A stretch of DNA of 64,000 bases from Myxococcota bacterium (GTDB taxonomy: Bacteria; Myxococcota_A; SURF-8). Location of the stretch: the NCBI GenBank assembly GCA_965140415.1, contig OZ223209.1:5664001-5728000 (forward strand), given 5' to 3'. The notes below the pieces were generated by a model that saw only the letters and a program-made list of their open reading frames with translations, ran no database searches and was not told the DNA's origin. Numbering within the stretch: the first letter of the stretch is position 1; every line of letters starts with the position of its first letter. The translations under genes and the position numbers were made by a program. Shown here one piece after another: positions 10,728 through 20,411 of the stretch.

Positions 10728-11006
10728 ATGACCAAAGCCGATTTGATTGAAGCGGTGTACATGAAAGTGGGGTTGCCCAAACGAGAATCCGCTCAACTAG
10801 TCGAGACGGTGTTCGAGATTCTTAAGGGCACCCTCGAACAAGGGGAGAAGGTGAAGATCTCCGGGTTCGGCAATTTCGTAGTGCGCGAAAAGAAATCCCG
10901 CATGGGACGCAATCCGCAGACAGGCGAAGGAATTGAAATTACCGCCCGTCGCGTGCTGACCTTCCAGCCTAGCCAAATCCTGAAAACGAAAATGAACGGC
11001 CAATAA
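10728..11006 (+). CDS. ihfA: Integration host factor subunit alpha
   Basis: MTKADLIE...GEKVKISGFGNFVVREKKSRMGRNPQTGEGIEITARRVLTF. Confidence 0.92.
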   Translation: MTKADLIEAVYMKVGLPKRESAQLVETVFEILKGTLEQGEKVKISGFGNFVVREKKSRMGRNPQTGEGIEITARRVLTFQPSQILKTKMNGQ

Positions 11007-11308
11007 CCTTTCGGCGGCGTCTCTTCCCTGAAAGGGCAATAGGATTATCGCTGCCGAAAGAGCCGAGCGCACAGAAATGCCTCGGCAAATGTGCAATCAT
11101 ATTCCTATTCGTTTCAGATCTTCTATCCGACATTTCCGATTCGGAACCGTTTTCAGTGTCGGTTTAGTTTGGGTGAGCCGAGAAATTTCTACCGATAAAA
11201 CGAAACTCCAATAAATCTCGATATCGTGCGGTTGGTATTGACGTGCGATTCAAGCTGCATTAGCGTGAAGGTATAGGCGCAGATGTCGCCGATAAGGAAA
11301 GAACCGTC

Positions 11309-12109
11309 ATGAACAAACAACGTATTGTTTCCTGTGCTCCCAGCACCACCGAAATTCTGATGCTGCTTGGTCTGCAACCCCAGGTCGTTGGCGTGGACGA
11401 CACCAGCATGCAACTGGGATTGTGCAGCTCGGCGGAGTCTTTGGGAGCCGTGGACAACATCAATGTGTTGCTGGCTGCCTCGTTGAACCCCGATCTGGTC
11501 ATCGTGTCCGATAACATCCCCGGTATGGAAATCGTCATCGACTACATGCAAGACGAGCAACTGCCGCTATTGGTACTGCATACAGAGCGCTTCGACGATC
11601 TGCTTTCGGATATCTACACCATTGGCGCGGAATGCGGCGTGGAAGAACGCGCCCGTGAAGTCGTGGAGCAACTGCATCAGCAAGTTCGCCGCTTGAACGC
11701 GCTGGTGCGTGCAACCGACGAGCCGCTGCGCGCCTATTTCGAATGGTGGCCCAATCCCTTCGTGTCGGCGGGTAAACAAAGCTGGGTCAGCGACATGCTC
11801 AAGCGAGCGGGCGCAAGCAATATCTTTTTGGATTACCATGAACCGACATTCGTTATCGAAGACGAGCAGGAAATCATCGAGCGCGACCCGGAAGTGATTT
11901 TCGTCTGCTGGCCGGGAACCGGTGATGATCTGACCGATCTGGACCCAGATCAGATCCTGACTCGCAAAGCCTGGAAAGAAGTGACCGGCATCCGCATGAA
12001 ACAGGTATATTTTCTGCCTGAAACCCTGTTTGCGTTTCCCGGTCCCCGCATGTTGGAAGGCTTGGAATTACTGATCGATCTGCTTTCGCAATGCCAGCGA
12101 CTCAACTGA
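11309..12109 (+). CDS. BtuF-like cobalamin/Fe-siderophore substrate-binding protein
   Basis: RIVSCAPSTTEILMLLG, LNPDLV, EWWPNPFVSAG..SWVSDML..AG, PGPRMLEG. Confidence 0.8.
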   Translation: MNKQRIVSCAPSTTEILMLLGLQPQVVGVDDTSMQLGLCSSAESLGAVDNINVLLAASLNPDLVIVSDNIPGMEIVIDYMQDEQLPLLVLHTERFDDLLSDIYTIGAECGVEERAREVVEQLHQQVRRLNALVRATDEPLRAYFEWWPNPFVSAGKQSWVSDMLKRAGASNIFLDYHEPTFVIEDEQEIIERDPEVIFVCWPGTGDDLTDLDPDQILTRKAWKEVTGIRMKQVYFLPETLFAFPGPRMLEGLELLIDLLSQCQRLN

Positions 12110-12224
12110 GTTTGCCTGCTCATGTGGTTGCTTCCGAATTACAATCCGAAGCCTCTCCTTTACTTGCGAGCAATTCCCTTTACCGCTATGCTATTTCGGT
12201 AAACGGATTGAAAGGTACTAGCAG

Positions 12225-13205
12225 ATGACATTTGGTGTTCGGCAATGGATGCTCCTGTTTTTCGTGGCTTGTTTTGTGAGCCTGCTTATAGGCTGCTCCG
12301 AAAACAAGCAGGACACAGCCAACTCGCCGGAACCGCCACAACCCCCGAAACCTGAAGCAACACCTAAAAAAGCAGAGATGCACGAGCAGATCAAGGCCAC
12401 CGTCTTGACCGACGGCGACCGGCAGACTTCCATCCATATTCACACCCTCACCAAACCGAAAAAAGAACGCGAACAAAGGCCGACACTTGACTTCCCCCCC
12501 GGTGCGCCACCTTTTATTAAGGAATTTGAAAACGAGCGCCTGATCGTGGTTCGCTTTCCGGAAATTAAAATTCCCAAGCTGTTTTCGTCCAACGGCTATG
12601 GAATCCTGGAAAAGGAAAGCAAACAAGCACTGCTGATCGATCCCGGCGTCGGAAACGTAAACATGATTCGTTTCTGGCTGCAAACCAACCAGACCAAGCC
12701 AATCGCCATAGCCGTCACCCACGGACATCTGGACCATACCGGTGGAGTGCGAGCGCTTAAAGAGGATTTCCCCGATACCCAATTCCTTGCCCCCAAAGGC
12801 GACGCGAGCTGGATACGATCCGTGGAAGAGGATCTTTTTAAGGTAATCGGAGCTCTGGCTCCGCCTGCCCCAGATCGCCTGCTTGAAGGAGGCGATCAGA
12901 TCGAAGTGGGCGACGTCATTTTCGATGCGATGGAAGTACCCGGCCATACCGAAGGTTCGCTGTTTTTCGTTCAACTAGACGACGCACTGGCCTTCACCGG
13001 CGATGCCGTATTCTCCGGCACCATCGGACGCACGGACTTGAAACACGCGCTGGACAAGCGCAGCCTGATCCGTTCGATTAAAAAGGCTTTCGATCGCTTG
13101 CCCGGGCAAACCCAGCTTTTCCCTGGCCATGGTGCCAAAACCAGTATCGAAAAAGAGTTACGCGACAATCCCTTCCTGCACCAGAAGCCTTCCGTGTTGC
13201 CCTAA
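12225..13205 (+). CDS. MBL-fold metallo-hydrolase (glyoxalase II-like), predicted lipoprotein
   Basis: LLIGC lipobox; THGHLDHTGG, PGHTEGS, FTGDAVF, GRTDL, PGHG. Confidence 0.88.
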   Translation: MTFGVRQWMLLFFVACFVSLLIGCSENKQDTANSPEPPQPPKPEATPKKAEMHEQIKATVLTDGDRQTSIHIHTLTKPKKEREQRPTLDFPPGAPPFIKEFENERLIVVRFPEIKIPKLFSSNGYGILEKESKQALLIDPGVGNVNMIRFWLQTNQTKPIAIAVTHGHLDHTGGVRALKEDFPDTQFLAPKGDASWIRSVEEDLFKVIGALAPPAPDRLLEGGDQIEVGDVIFDAMEVPGHTEGSLFFVQLDDALAFTGDAVFSGTIGRTDLKHALDKRSLIRSIKKAFDRLPGQTQLFPGHGAKTSIEKELRDNPFLHQKPSVLP

Positions 13206-13213
13206 ATACCCAC

Positions 13214-13242
13214 TTGCCAGTTTGCCATGTGTGTGATATACT
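13214..13242 (+). promoter_or_regulatory. Probable sigma70 promoter
   Basis: TTGCCA-17 nt-TATACT upstream of the 13404 gene. Confidence 0.5.
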
Positions 13243-13403
13243 TCCTTTCATTCCATAGATGATGGATGAATCGCGGCAGTGTGGTGATTCTTATTTTTAT
13301 AAGCAGTACAACATAAGCGTTTCATTGGGGTAATGCCGTTTGGCTGTGACATCGGCCAAAACAGCTGACATTTTGTAACTATTATTATTCAGGGGAGAAA
13401 TTC

Positions 13404-14882
13404 ATGAGAAAAACAAGCTGGATGTGGATCGTGTTGCTTCTGTTATTGACGCTGCCATTCGTTGCCGGTTGTGGGGACGACGACGATCCGTCGACCGACG
13501 GGGATCAAACCACCGATGGAGATCAATCTACCGACGGCGATGCAACGGACGGTGATGCAACCGACGGCGACACGACGGATGGTGACGTCGCCGATGGTGA
13601 TACGACTGACGGCGATGTGACTGACGGCGATATGGCCGATGGCGATGTGGCCGATGGCGATGCCGTAGATGGTGACGCGGAAACGGTAACGCTAGCAGGA
13701 ACCTTCGACTGGGGTACCGAAACCGAAAACTTCGAACCCACCGAATTGGCCGTAATGGACATGCTCTTTCAAACACAGGCAGCCATCAACGAAGTCGCCT
13801 CGGACGATGATCTGTGGACGCAACTCGATAATGAAGTGACTCGCACCAAAGACGCTTTCAAATCCGGGATGCAGTCCTGCCGCACCATCGACCCGGCGGC
13901 GGGCCAACCTTATATTATTGCCAATTACGATGCCTGCACGCACGCCAACGGCTCAGTGCATCTGTCGATTGAAGGCAGTGTGGGAGAACGCTACTACCTG
14001 GCCGATTTTCAGGACGATTTCGAAATTTTCGGAGTGGATATCGACGGTCAGATCGAACTGGAACGCACGGACGCCGTGCAGCGTCGTTTCGCACTGCGCG
14101 TCTTGAATGGCACGGGGCGTCGCTTGACGGTCGGGCTGGATCGCGACAACAAGCATCATCGTCTGTTGCTGCTGTTAGCGGCAACGTTGCTGATTCAAAA
14201 CGATACGGTCGAAGTCACCATTCCGAGAAACGATCAAGTAAGCCATATCACCGGCGATGCCGGCTGGACGGATGCAGACGTGCAATTGGGCGCACGCAAG
14301 CTGGGGTTGTTCACCTCCGATCAAACCGCCGGAGCACTGGTCTTTCCGAGGGATATCACCGACTGCCTCTGCCCTTCTAACGGTCCGTTGGGGGTCGCAG
14401 CGGCTTTCGAAGATCTGGGTTTGCAGTTGAAGGATCGGCAGGGAACGCTGTCGGATGCACTGGACGACGCATTGAGCGGACGCCCCTACGCCACGGCGGT
14501 TGCGGAACGCTTCCAGAATTTCGTTTACAGTTTCACCCAGGATCTTGAAGGCGATCTGGGTTATCAGTTCACCGCCGTTTGCGGCGATGTATCCCTGGAC
14601 TTAAGCGGCTTGCCGGTCGTCAAGATTCCGGTGCAGGCGGGAAATACGGAATGCCCCCTGCCTGGCGATCAGAACGTCATGGCACGTGTAGCTACGCTGC
14701 TGCAAGGCGTGCAGAGTCTTACGGACGCGCAGCGTTCCATGCTGATGCTTTCGATCCGAAATTTCCTGTTGGAACAGGCCGATGAAGACGGCTGCCTGAC
14801 TTTGGATGCCACCCAGTTGCAAGAAGCGGTCCGCACCAAAATCGCGGAGTCCTTCGATTGGGAACTCTGCGGCGTACAATAG
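13404..14882 (+). CDS. Lipoprotein with N-terminal DGD repeat, unknown function
   Basis: Signal peptide with FVAGC lipobox, then 12 xxDGD units; GGGGAG SD. Confidence 0.8.
   Translation: MRKTSWMWIVLLLLLTLPFVAGCGDDDDPSTDGDQTTDGDQSTDGDATDGDATDGDTTDGDVADGDTTDGDVTDGDMADGDVADGDAVDGDAETVTLAGTFDWGTETENFEPTELAVMDMLFQTQAAINEVASDDDLWTQLDNEVTRTKDAFKSGMQSCRTIDPAAGQPYIIANYDACTHANGSVHLSIEGSVGERYYLADFQDDFEIFGVDIDGQIELERTDAVQRRFALRVLNGTGRRLTVGLDRDNKHHRLLLLLAATLLIQNDTVEVTIPRNDQVSHITGDAGWTDADVQLGARKLGLFTSDQTAGALVFPRDITDCLCPSNGPLGVAAAFEDLGLQLKDRQGTLSDALDDALSGRPYATAVAERFQNFVYSFTQDLEGDLGYQFTAVCGDVSLDLSGLPVVKIPVQAGNTECPLPGDQNVMARVATLLQGVQSLTDAQRSMLMLSIRNFLLEQADEDGCLTLDATQLQEAVRTKIAESFDWELCGVQ
13491..13677 (+). 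repeat. Coding tandem repeat, about 15-18 bp unit (xxDGD)n
   Basis: Recurring GA(C/T)GG(C/T)GA(C/T) at 15-18 nt spacing. Confidence 0.85.
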
Positions 14883-14911
14883 CGTACCGTAACGCATGAT
14901 AGTGCACTCTT

Positions 14912-14943
14912 GCGGGTCGACCTTTTTCGGGTCGGCCCGTTTT
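14912..14943 (+). terminator. Intrinsic terminator
   Basis: GCGGGTCGACC-loop-GGTCGGCCCGT-TTT after the 13404 gene. Confidence 0.7.
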
Positions 14944-15138
14944 GCGTTATTGGAATTAAGCGAAGTCTTTTTGTAGCGGCGAGGCGCAAGCCCACCGACA
15001 TATGGCATGAGCCAAGCGGAGAGAAACGAAGCTTGCCTATATGGACCTCGAACACGGGCAAACCTGCGGTTTAGCCCGCGCCACCCTGGAATCAACTAGA
15101 GTAGGTATTACTCATTTCTGACCATCGAGTAATCACGA

Positions 15139-15239
15139 TGTGCCATGGTCTCACGGAATGGAAATTCCGGGAGGCCGTGTTTAACTTATTGAAGACACAC
15201 AGCCTTCCACGATCTTCGATCGCGTAAGACGATGGCACA
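15139..15239. repeat. About 100-nt nested palindromic element (REP doublet or structured RNA)
   Basis: Outer arms TGTGCCATGGTCTCACG / CGTAAGACGATGGCACA, inner arms GGAGGCCGTGT / ACACAGCCTTCC, plus two small hairpins. Confidence 0.6.
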
Positions 15240-15292
15240 CATTCTTAAAATTAGTGGCTAAAAATGATTAAGAACCGGTATACTGAAAACAC

Positions 15293-15327
15293 AAAACGCC
15301 ACCCGCCCAAAAGGGACGGGTGGCGTT
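15293..15327 (-). terminator. Intrinsic terminator of rpsT
   Basis: AACGCCACCCG-loop-CGGGTGGCGTT with a T-run on the minus strand. Confidence 0.75.
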
Positions 15328-15359
15328 ATACAATGTTACAGCAATGAAGAAGCGTGATC

Positions 15360-15638
15360 TTAGGCTTCTTTTTGTTCCGTTTTCGCGCGGTTCAAGGCCT
15401 TGGCCAAACGCGACACGCGACGGGCAGCCGTCTGCTTTTTCAGCGCACCTTTGCTGGCTGTCGCAAAGATGGTTTTCATCAGCTTGGGAAAACCCGCCTC
15501 GGCGGCTTCCGGGTTGCTTTCCAGTTCGGCAGTCCAGTTTTTAATCGCACCGCGCATGAAGCTGCGGTTGGACTTGTTACGTTGGTGCGCTTTTTCGCTA
15601 GTGATAATGCGCTTGAGAGCTGATTTATGATGAGCCAC
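15360..15638 (-). CDS. rpsT: 30S ribosomal protein S20
   Basis: MAHHKSALKRIITSEKAHQRNKS...ASKGALKKQTAARRVSRL; GTG start with GGAGG SD. Confidence 0.96.
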   Translation of the reverse strand: MAHHKSALKRIITSEKAHQRNKSNRSFMRGAIKNWTAELESNPEAAEAGFPKLMKTIFATASKGALKKQTAARRVSRLAKALNRAKTEQKEA

Positions 15639-15865
15639 GATTGCCTCCTAATTCGTCACACAGATCTTTCCATCTGTCGATCCAATCGAACAACAGGGTG
15701 TCGTATTTACAGAACTATTGGGGAATTGTCAAGTTATTAATGAATTCGGTTCACTCTTATCGACATTGGCAGAAATGTCTTGGCCCTGACTAATACATTC
15801 TATATAATGCTTTCATGTTCACCGACTTTCCATTTTGGAAAAGCACAAATACGTGGAGGATGGCG

Positions 15866-16819
15866 ATGCGATCCATGAAAATGGAAGCGATGTTGTGTAT
15901 TGCAGTGATTCTGCTGCTGTTCGTTTCGGGCTGCTCGGGGGAAGACGACTCCACCGATTCCGACGGAGACCTGGAGCAGGATGTACTCGTCGATGGCGAT
16001 ACGGAAACAGAAACGCCAGTCATCGACGGCGACCAGCCTCCCGTTACGGATGGCGATCTGGATATCGAGGATGAGGGCGGACTGCAAACCGCCGTATATC
16101 ATGTCTATTTCGAAATTGCTCAGGAAAAACGATACCTTAACGGAAGAAAAACAGAAAGGATTTCCGCTACCGGCGGATTCTGGAACTGGGATGACTACAA
16201 GGAAACCATCTTTCCCGAAAGCGGTTGCGCTCCCATCGGAAAAGAAGTGGAACAAGATGCCGGATTGGATAACGGTCCGGTCGCTGTCACCGGCGGGCTG
16301 TTGGATATCGAACTCGCGTTCGACGAAGCCACCGGATTCTATAAACCCGGTAGTATTGCGGGGTTAAACAAGTTGTGGGGCACGTCAAACCCGAAACTGA
16401 CCTATACCACGACCGATGACAATCCACCTTTGGGCGCCATCGCGGTGGACGCCGGAACGCCGGATAGCATCAGCCTGCAATCCCCCGATCCGACGGATAT
16501 TTCGTATGAATTCCCGACAGATAGCGATCTGACGATCCGTTGGAGCACCGGTAGCCGTGGCGCGGTGCGCATCTGGCTGCGCGATCCCTCGAAATCAATC
16601 GGCTGCCATATTATCGACGGTTCCGATTCGGTCACGATCGACACCAGTGAATTCACCTCACAGGATGCCGCCGAACTGATCGTAGAGCGCGTAGTACATA
16701 CCGAAAAGATGTTCGACCGCAGCGGCGGCGACTTCCTCACCGTCGAGCGGATCGTCATGTATCTACCCAAACCGCCTCAGGTATTTCCGGATGGCGATGG
16801 TACTGAAGCCGCGCAATAG
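15866..16819 (+). CDS. Lipoprotein with DGD motifs, unknown function
   Basis: LFVSGC lipobox; SDGD, VDGD, IDGD, TDGD after the Cys and PDGD near the C-terminus; GGAGGA SD before ATG 15866. Confidence 0.78.
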   Translation: MRSMKMEAMLCIAVILLLFVSGCSGEDDSTDSDGDLEQDVLVDGDTETETPVIDGDQPPVTDGDLDIEDEGGLQTAVYHVYFEIAQEKRYLNGRKTERISATGGFWNWDDYKETIFPESGCAPIGKEVEQDAGLDNGPVAVTGGLLDIELAFDEATGFYKPGSIAGLNKLWGTSNPKLTYTTTDDNPPLGAIAVDAGTPDSISLQSPDPTDISYEFPTDSDLTIRWSTGSRGAVRIWLRDPSKSIGCHIIDGSDSVTIDTSEFTSQDAAELIVERVVHTEKMFDRSGGDFLTVERIVMYLPKPPQVFPDGDGTEAAQ

Positions 16820-16963
16820 ACGTTTTATTGCCGATAAATATACTGGTACGGGAATAGGTTGCAAAAACCTACGGTTCTCTCTTGACAGGGGAGGTTCGCT
16901 TCTTTAGGATACCTCCCCCGGACCCAAACGCCTTTGCAAGGAGTTTTAGAGTTGAAGAGAAAC

Positions 16964-17263
16964 ATGGGCGAACGCAAAAACGAGCAGGCACTCACCTCCA
17001 ACCGGAAGCCGGTGGGTAACAAGCAGACGGTCGGATCAAAGGGTAACCGTCGCGGGCCGGTGTTGAACCTGCATACCGCTACATTTCGGGTTACTCGTCA
17101 GGGCATGTCTCCCTACGGATGGTCTTTCGATGCACCACAAGCCTGGGTGCGTTCCCTTACCACCCCGCTGATGGTGATCTGGCGGCAGAATGCACCGCAA
17201 AAACCTAAGAAAAACAACGAGTCTTCTCCAACTTCCCACGCCGACTGGCCTCGCAGACCCTGA
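16964..17263 (+). CDS. Hypothetical small basic protein
   Basis: 99-aa ORF from ATG 16964; its TGA overlaps the next ATG (TGATG). Confidence 0.4.
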   Translation: MGERKNEQALTSNRKPVGNKQTVGSKGNRRGPVLNLHTATFRVTRQGMSPYGWSFDAPQAWVRSLTTPLMVIWRQNAPQKPKKNNESSPTSHADWPRRP

Positions 17264-17955
17264 TGTCTTGCTTAACGCGACAGATTCGCCGAGCCATTTG
17301 TTTACGCTCCGTGAGCGGCTTTTTACTGGCCGGGTGGATCTGTACTCTTCTAATCGCGTGTAGTTCCGAAAAAGAAACCATTTCCAAAGAACGTCTCGAA
17401 CTGGAGATGGACGAATGGGAAATGAACTGGGTGCTGGCCGAAAAAAAGCTGGAACGGGATTTGCTCGTGTTAGGCGAACGATCGCCAGCCACCTTCGAAC
17501 CGGAATCGCTCAAGGAATGGATGGCGGATTTCCGCAAGGACTATCCCTACTTGGAAGATGTCCTGTTTCTGGATAACCGCCTGCAACAGATGGGCGAACT
17601 GCTTAGCGGCGCTTCGCGCCTGCTCAAACATCCCAAGCGACGTCCCGAAGCCAAAAGCACGCGCAACCTGGGAATCATCACCTTGGGACTGACCGAGCGT
17701 CGCGGTCCCATCGTGCGCTTGCCAATCTCGATTCCAGCGGGGGAAAATATCCCCGAAAAGCGGGGGGTCTTGCAGGTCGTGTTGCGAGTCGACAAATTAA
17801 AGAATCTGCACGGAAAAACCAGTGCCTGCTGCATGTCCATTAAAGGACCGGACGGCAAAGACTGGTTCGATTGCGAAAACGAACAGAAAACCAACGTGCT
17901 TACACGCTCTCTTCCCTGGCTCGGTGAAACGGCGACGTTACAATGTCGATATTGA
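17263..17955 (+). CDS. Hypothetical lipoprotein
   Basis: LLIAC lipobox-like sequence; 230 aa. Confidence 0.6.
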   Translation: MSCLTRQIRRAICLRSVSGFLLAGWICTLLIACSSEKETISKERLELEMDEWEMNWVLAEKKLERDLLVLGERSPATFEPESLKEWMADFRKDYPYLEDVLFLDNRLQQMGELLSGASRLLKHPKRRPEAKSTRNLGIITLGLTERRGPIVRLPISIPAGENIPEKRGVLQVVLRVDKLKNLHGKTSACCMSIKGPDGKDWFDCENEQKTNVLTRSLPWLGETATLQCRY

Positions 17956-17985
17956 GTTTTTTCCATCTCAAACAAATACCAACCG

Positions 17986-18879
17986 ATGTCTGTTGAACGG
18001 CGATATCCACATATCGCCGCGTCCAAGCGTAAAATCGGAGCGCATGAATCCATCGCAGGCGGCGTGGATACGGCCTTTGAGCGCATCGGAGCGGTCGATG
18101 GCAGCGCACTACAGATTTTCACGAAAAACAACACCCGCTGGCAGAACAAGCCCATCGAAGAAAGCTGCGCCCGGCGTTTTATCGAGCAAGCCAAGACATT
18201 CGGTACAGATTCCATTCTGGCGCACAGCAGCTACCTGATCAATTTGGCCAGTCCGGACGATATCCTGTATGAAAAGAGCATCGCCGCATTAAACGACGAG
18301 TTGCAGCGTACAACACTATTGCACATTCCCTATCTCGTGCTGCATCCCGGCGCGCACAAAGATTCAGGCGTACAAACCGGCATCCGTCGTATCGCCGCGG
18401 CGCTGGATCGAAGCTTCTCCGAAACAGATGGAAACACCATGATTTTATTGGAAATCACGGCGGGTCAGGGGAGCCAGTTGGGGCGCAGCTTCGAGGAACT
18501 GGCAGCGATTATGGAAACCGCACGAAATTCGGAACGGCTGGGTATCTGTTTCGATACCTGCCATGCCTTCGCCGCCGGATACGATTTTCGAAACGAACAG
18601 ACCTACCAGCAGACCTTTTCCCGCCTGCAAGAATTGATCGGATTGCAGCAAGTGCGCGCCATTCACCTGAACGATTCCAAGGGTGGTTTGGGATCGCATG
18701 TCGACCGGCACGAGCACATCGGGCGCGGACGTCTGGGATTGCAGGCGTTTGACTTGCTGCTGCACGATTCGGCATTTGTACAGACGCCGATGGTCCTGGA
18801 AACCCCCAAAGGAGCGGATCTGGAAGAGGACCGCCTCAACCTGGCGGTGTTGGATGGGTTACTGGGGAAAAAGAGATAG
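17986..18879 (+). CDS. nfo: Endonuclease IV
   Basis: IGAHESIAGG, HSSYLINLAS, VLHPGAH, LEITAGQG, CFDTCHAFAAGYD, HLNDSK, DRHEHIG, LETP. Confidence 0.97.
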   Translation: MSVERRYPHIAASKRKIGAHESIAGGVDTAFERIGAVDGSALQIFTKNNTRWQNKPIEESCARRFIEQAKTFGTDSILAHSSYLINLASPDDILYEKSIAALNDELQRTTLLHIPYLVLHPGAHKDSGVQTGIRRIAAALDRSFSETDGNTMILLEITAGQGSQLGRSFEELAAIMETARNSERLGICFDTCHAFAAGYDFRNEQTYQQTFSRLQELIGLQQVRAIHLNDSKGGLGSHVDRHEHIGRGRLGLQAFDLLLHDSAFVQTPMVLETPKGADLEEDRLNLAVLDGLLGKKR

Positions 18880-19082
18880 AAGTTTTTCAGGGGACTCCGC
18901 GCCTTCGGCGCTTCATCCTCCCCTACACCTCCCGAAACAACGCACTATTTTAATTTGCCCCCCCAAAGCCGCATCGCAGTTGCACATCATTGCATACAAT
19001 GCTAAGGTTCCAACAACAAGATCGATTCTCGTACAAGACGTCATCACGTTCGCCAGATTATGAATCCGGGGAGGAACGCCAC

Positions 19083-20294
19083 ATGATCAAAGGCTTTCTG
19101 CTGTTACTGCTTTGCCTTTTTCCGCTCTCCTGTTTGGAAACGGACGAAACGCTGAACCCATTTGAGACGGATGGAGATTCCGAATCGGAAGCTGATACCG
19201 AAGCGGAAGAAGTTTTTTTAGCCGCCGAGCAATTGGGACCGTATCAGGTCGGTGCCATGAACGTGCAGTTTGCCGACTCCAAATGCAACCGGGAGCTTAC
19301 TGGTGTCGTATGGTACCCCACGGAGTTGCAGATCGGACTCCCCTTTGCCTACGTCGGCGGGTTGCTTTCGAACACGGGAGCAATAGCGGATGCGCCGCTT
19401 GCCGAAGTGGACGAGTTACCGCTGGTGGTCTTCTCGCACGGTCACAACGGTTTCGACGCGCAATCCTTCGGTTTATGCCAGCACCTGGCCAGTCATGGGT
19501 ACCTGGTCGTATCCTGCAATCACAAAGAAGATACCTTTATGGATCTATCCGAGGAGTTCCTTATTAAAAGCGCCATGGATCGTCCTAAGGACGTCAGTTG
19601 CATGATCGACAGCAGCCTGGCCTGGAACGAAACCGAGGACCACCTGCTTAAAGGACATATCGATGCCGAGCGCATCGGCCTGGTTGGTCACAGCTTCGGT
19701 GGCTATACCTCCGTGGCGTCAGTGGGTGGCGAACTGGACCCGCCCGGTTTTTTGGACAAATGCGAGCAACTGGACGAAGAAAACTGGGGTTATCAATACT
19801 GGTACTGCTCCATCTTCATGCAGGCGGATAGCGGCTACGGGCAAGCCTGTAATCCATGCACGCTGGCGGACGAGCGCATCCGGGTGTCCGTACCGATGGC
19901 CCCGGCTTTTGCATCGCTATTCCGAACGGAGAGCCTGCAACAGATCGACATCCCGATGTTACTGATGGCAGGCTCCATTGATCAGGTCATCAGTCCGCCA
20001 GAAGTTCGTCAATATTACGACGCCACGCCGAAAAATGTCTGGTACTGGGAACTGGCAGGGGCGACGCACTACACGTTTTGCAGCGTCTGCGACATGCCGT
20101 TTCTCGTGGATCTGGAGCAGTTCGGTTGCCAGCGCCAGCAGATCGAAAACGAGCGCGCTTACGAATTGATCGATACCGCTACCACCGCCTTTTTGGGAAT
20201 GTACCTGAAAGACGATTCGCGCTATACCCGTTATTTCGAAAGCGACTATCTCGATACCGCCACGGAAATCACGCTGCTAGGCAAAACGGAATAA
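19083..20294 (+). CDS. Alpha/beta-hydrolase lipoprotein (dienelactone hydrolase/PAF-AH-like)
   Basis: PLSC lipobox, TDGD, PLVVFSHG, LASHGY, DRPKDVS, GHSFGG nucleophile elbow, GATHYTF. Confidence 0.88.
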   Translation: MIKGFLLLLLCLFPLSCLETDETLNPFETDGDSESEADTEAEEVFLAAEQLGPYQVGAMNVQFADSKCNRELTGVVWYPTELQIGLPFAYVGGLLSNTGAIADAPLAEVDELPLVVFSHGHNGFDAQSFGLCQHLASHGYLVVSCNHKEDTFMDLSEEFLIKSAMDRPKDVSCMIDSSLAWNETEDHLLKGHIDAERIGLVGHSFGGYTSVASVGGELDPPGFLDKCEQLDEENWGYQYWYCSIFMQADSGYGQACNPCTLADERIRVSVPMAPAFASLFRTESLQQIDIPMLLMAGSIDQVISPPEVRQYYDATPKNVWYWELAGATHYTFCSVCDMPFLVDLEQFGCQRQQIENERAYELIDTATTAFLGMYLKDDSRYTRYFESDYLDTATEITLLGKTE

Positions 20295-20411
20295 CAGGCA
20301 AAAAGCGAAATCGAAACTCCCTAACCTTTTCATTTAAACACGGCAGTGCTACACTGCCGTACATTCGATTGTCTGCAACGATACAAGACATCCTGTAGAA
20401 GCACGAAACGC

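Noticed and set aside
11010-11308. Possible cobalamin riboswitch upstream of the BtuF-like gene
   Set aside because: No B12-box or GGGAA...GCCACTG core found; only a generic hairpin
17040-17180. Possible 6S RNA (minus-strand AGGTTCAA resemblance)
   Set aside because: Could not build the long closing stem and central bubble; the region is also an open frame coupled to the next gene. An Rfam scan would settle it
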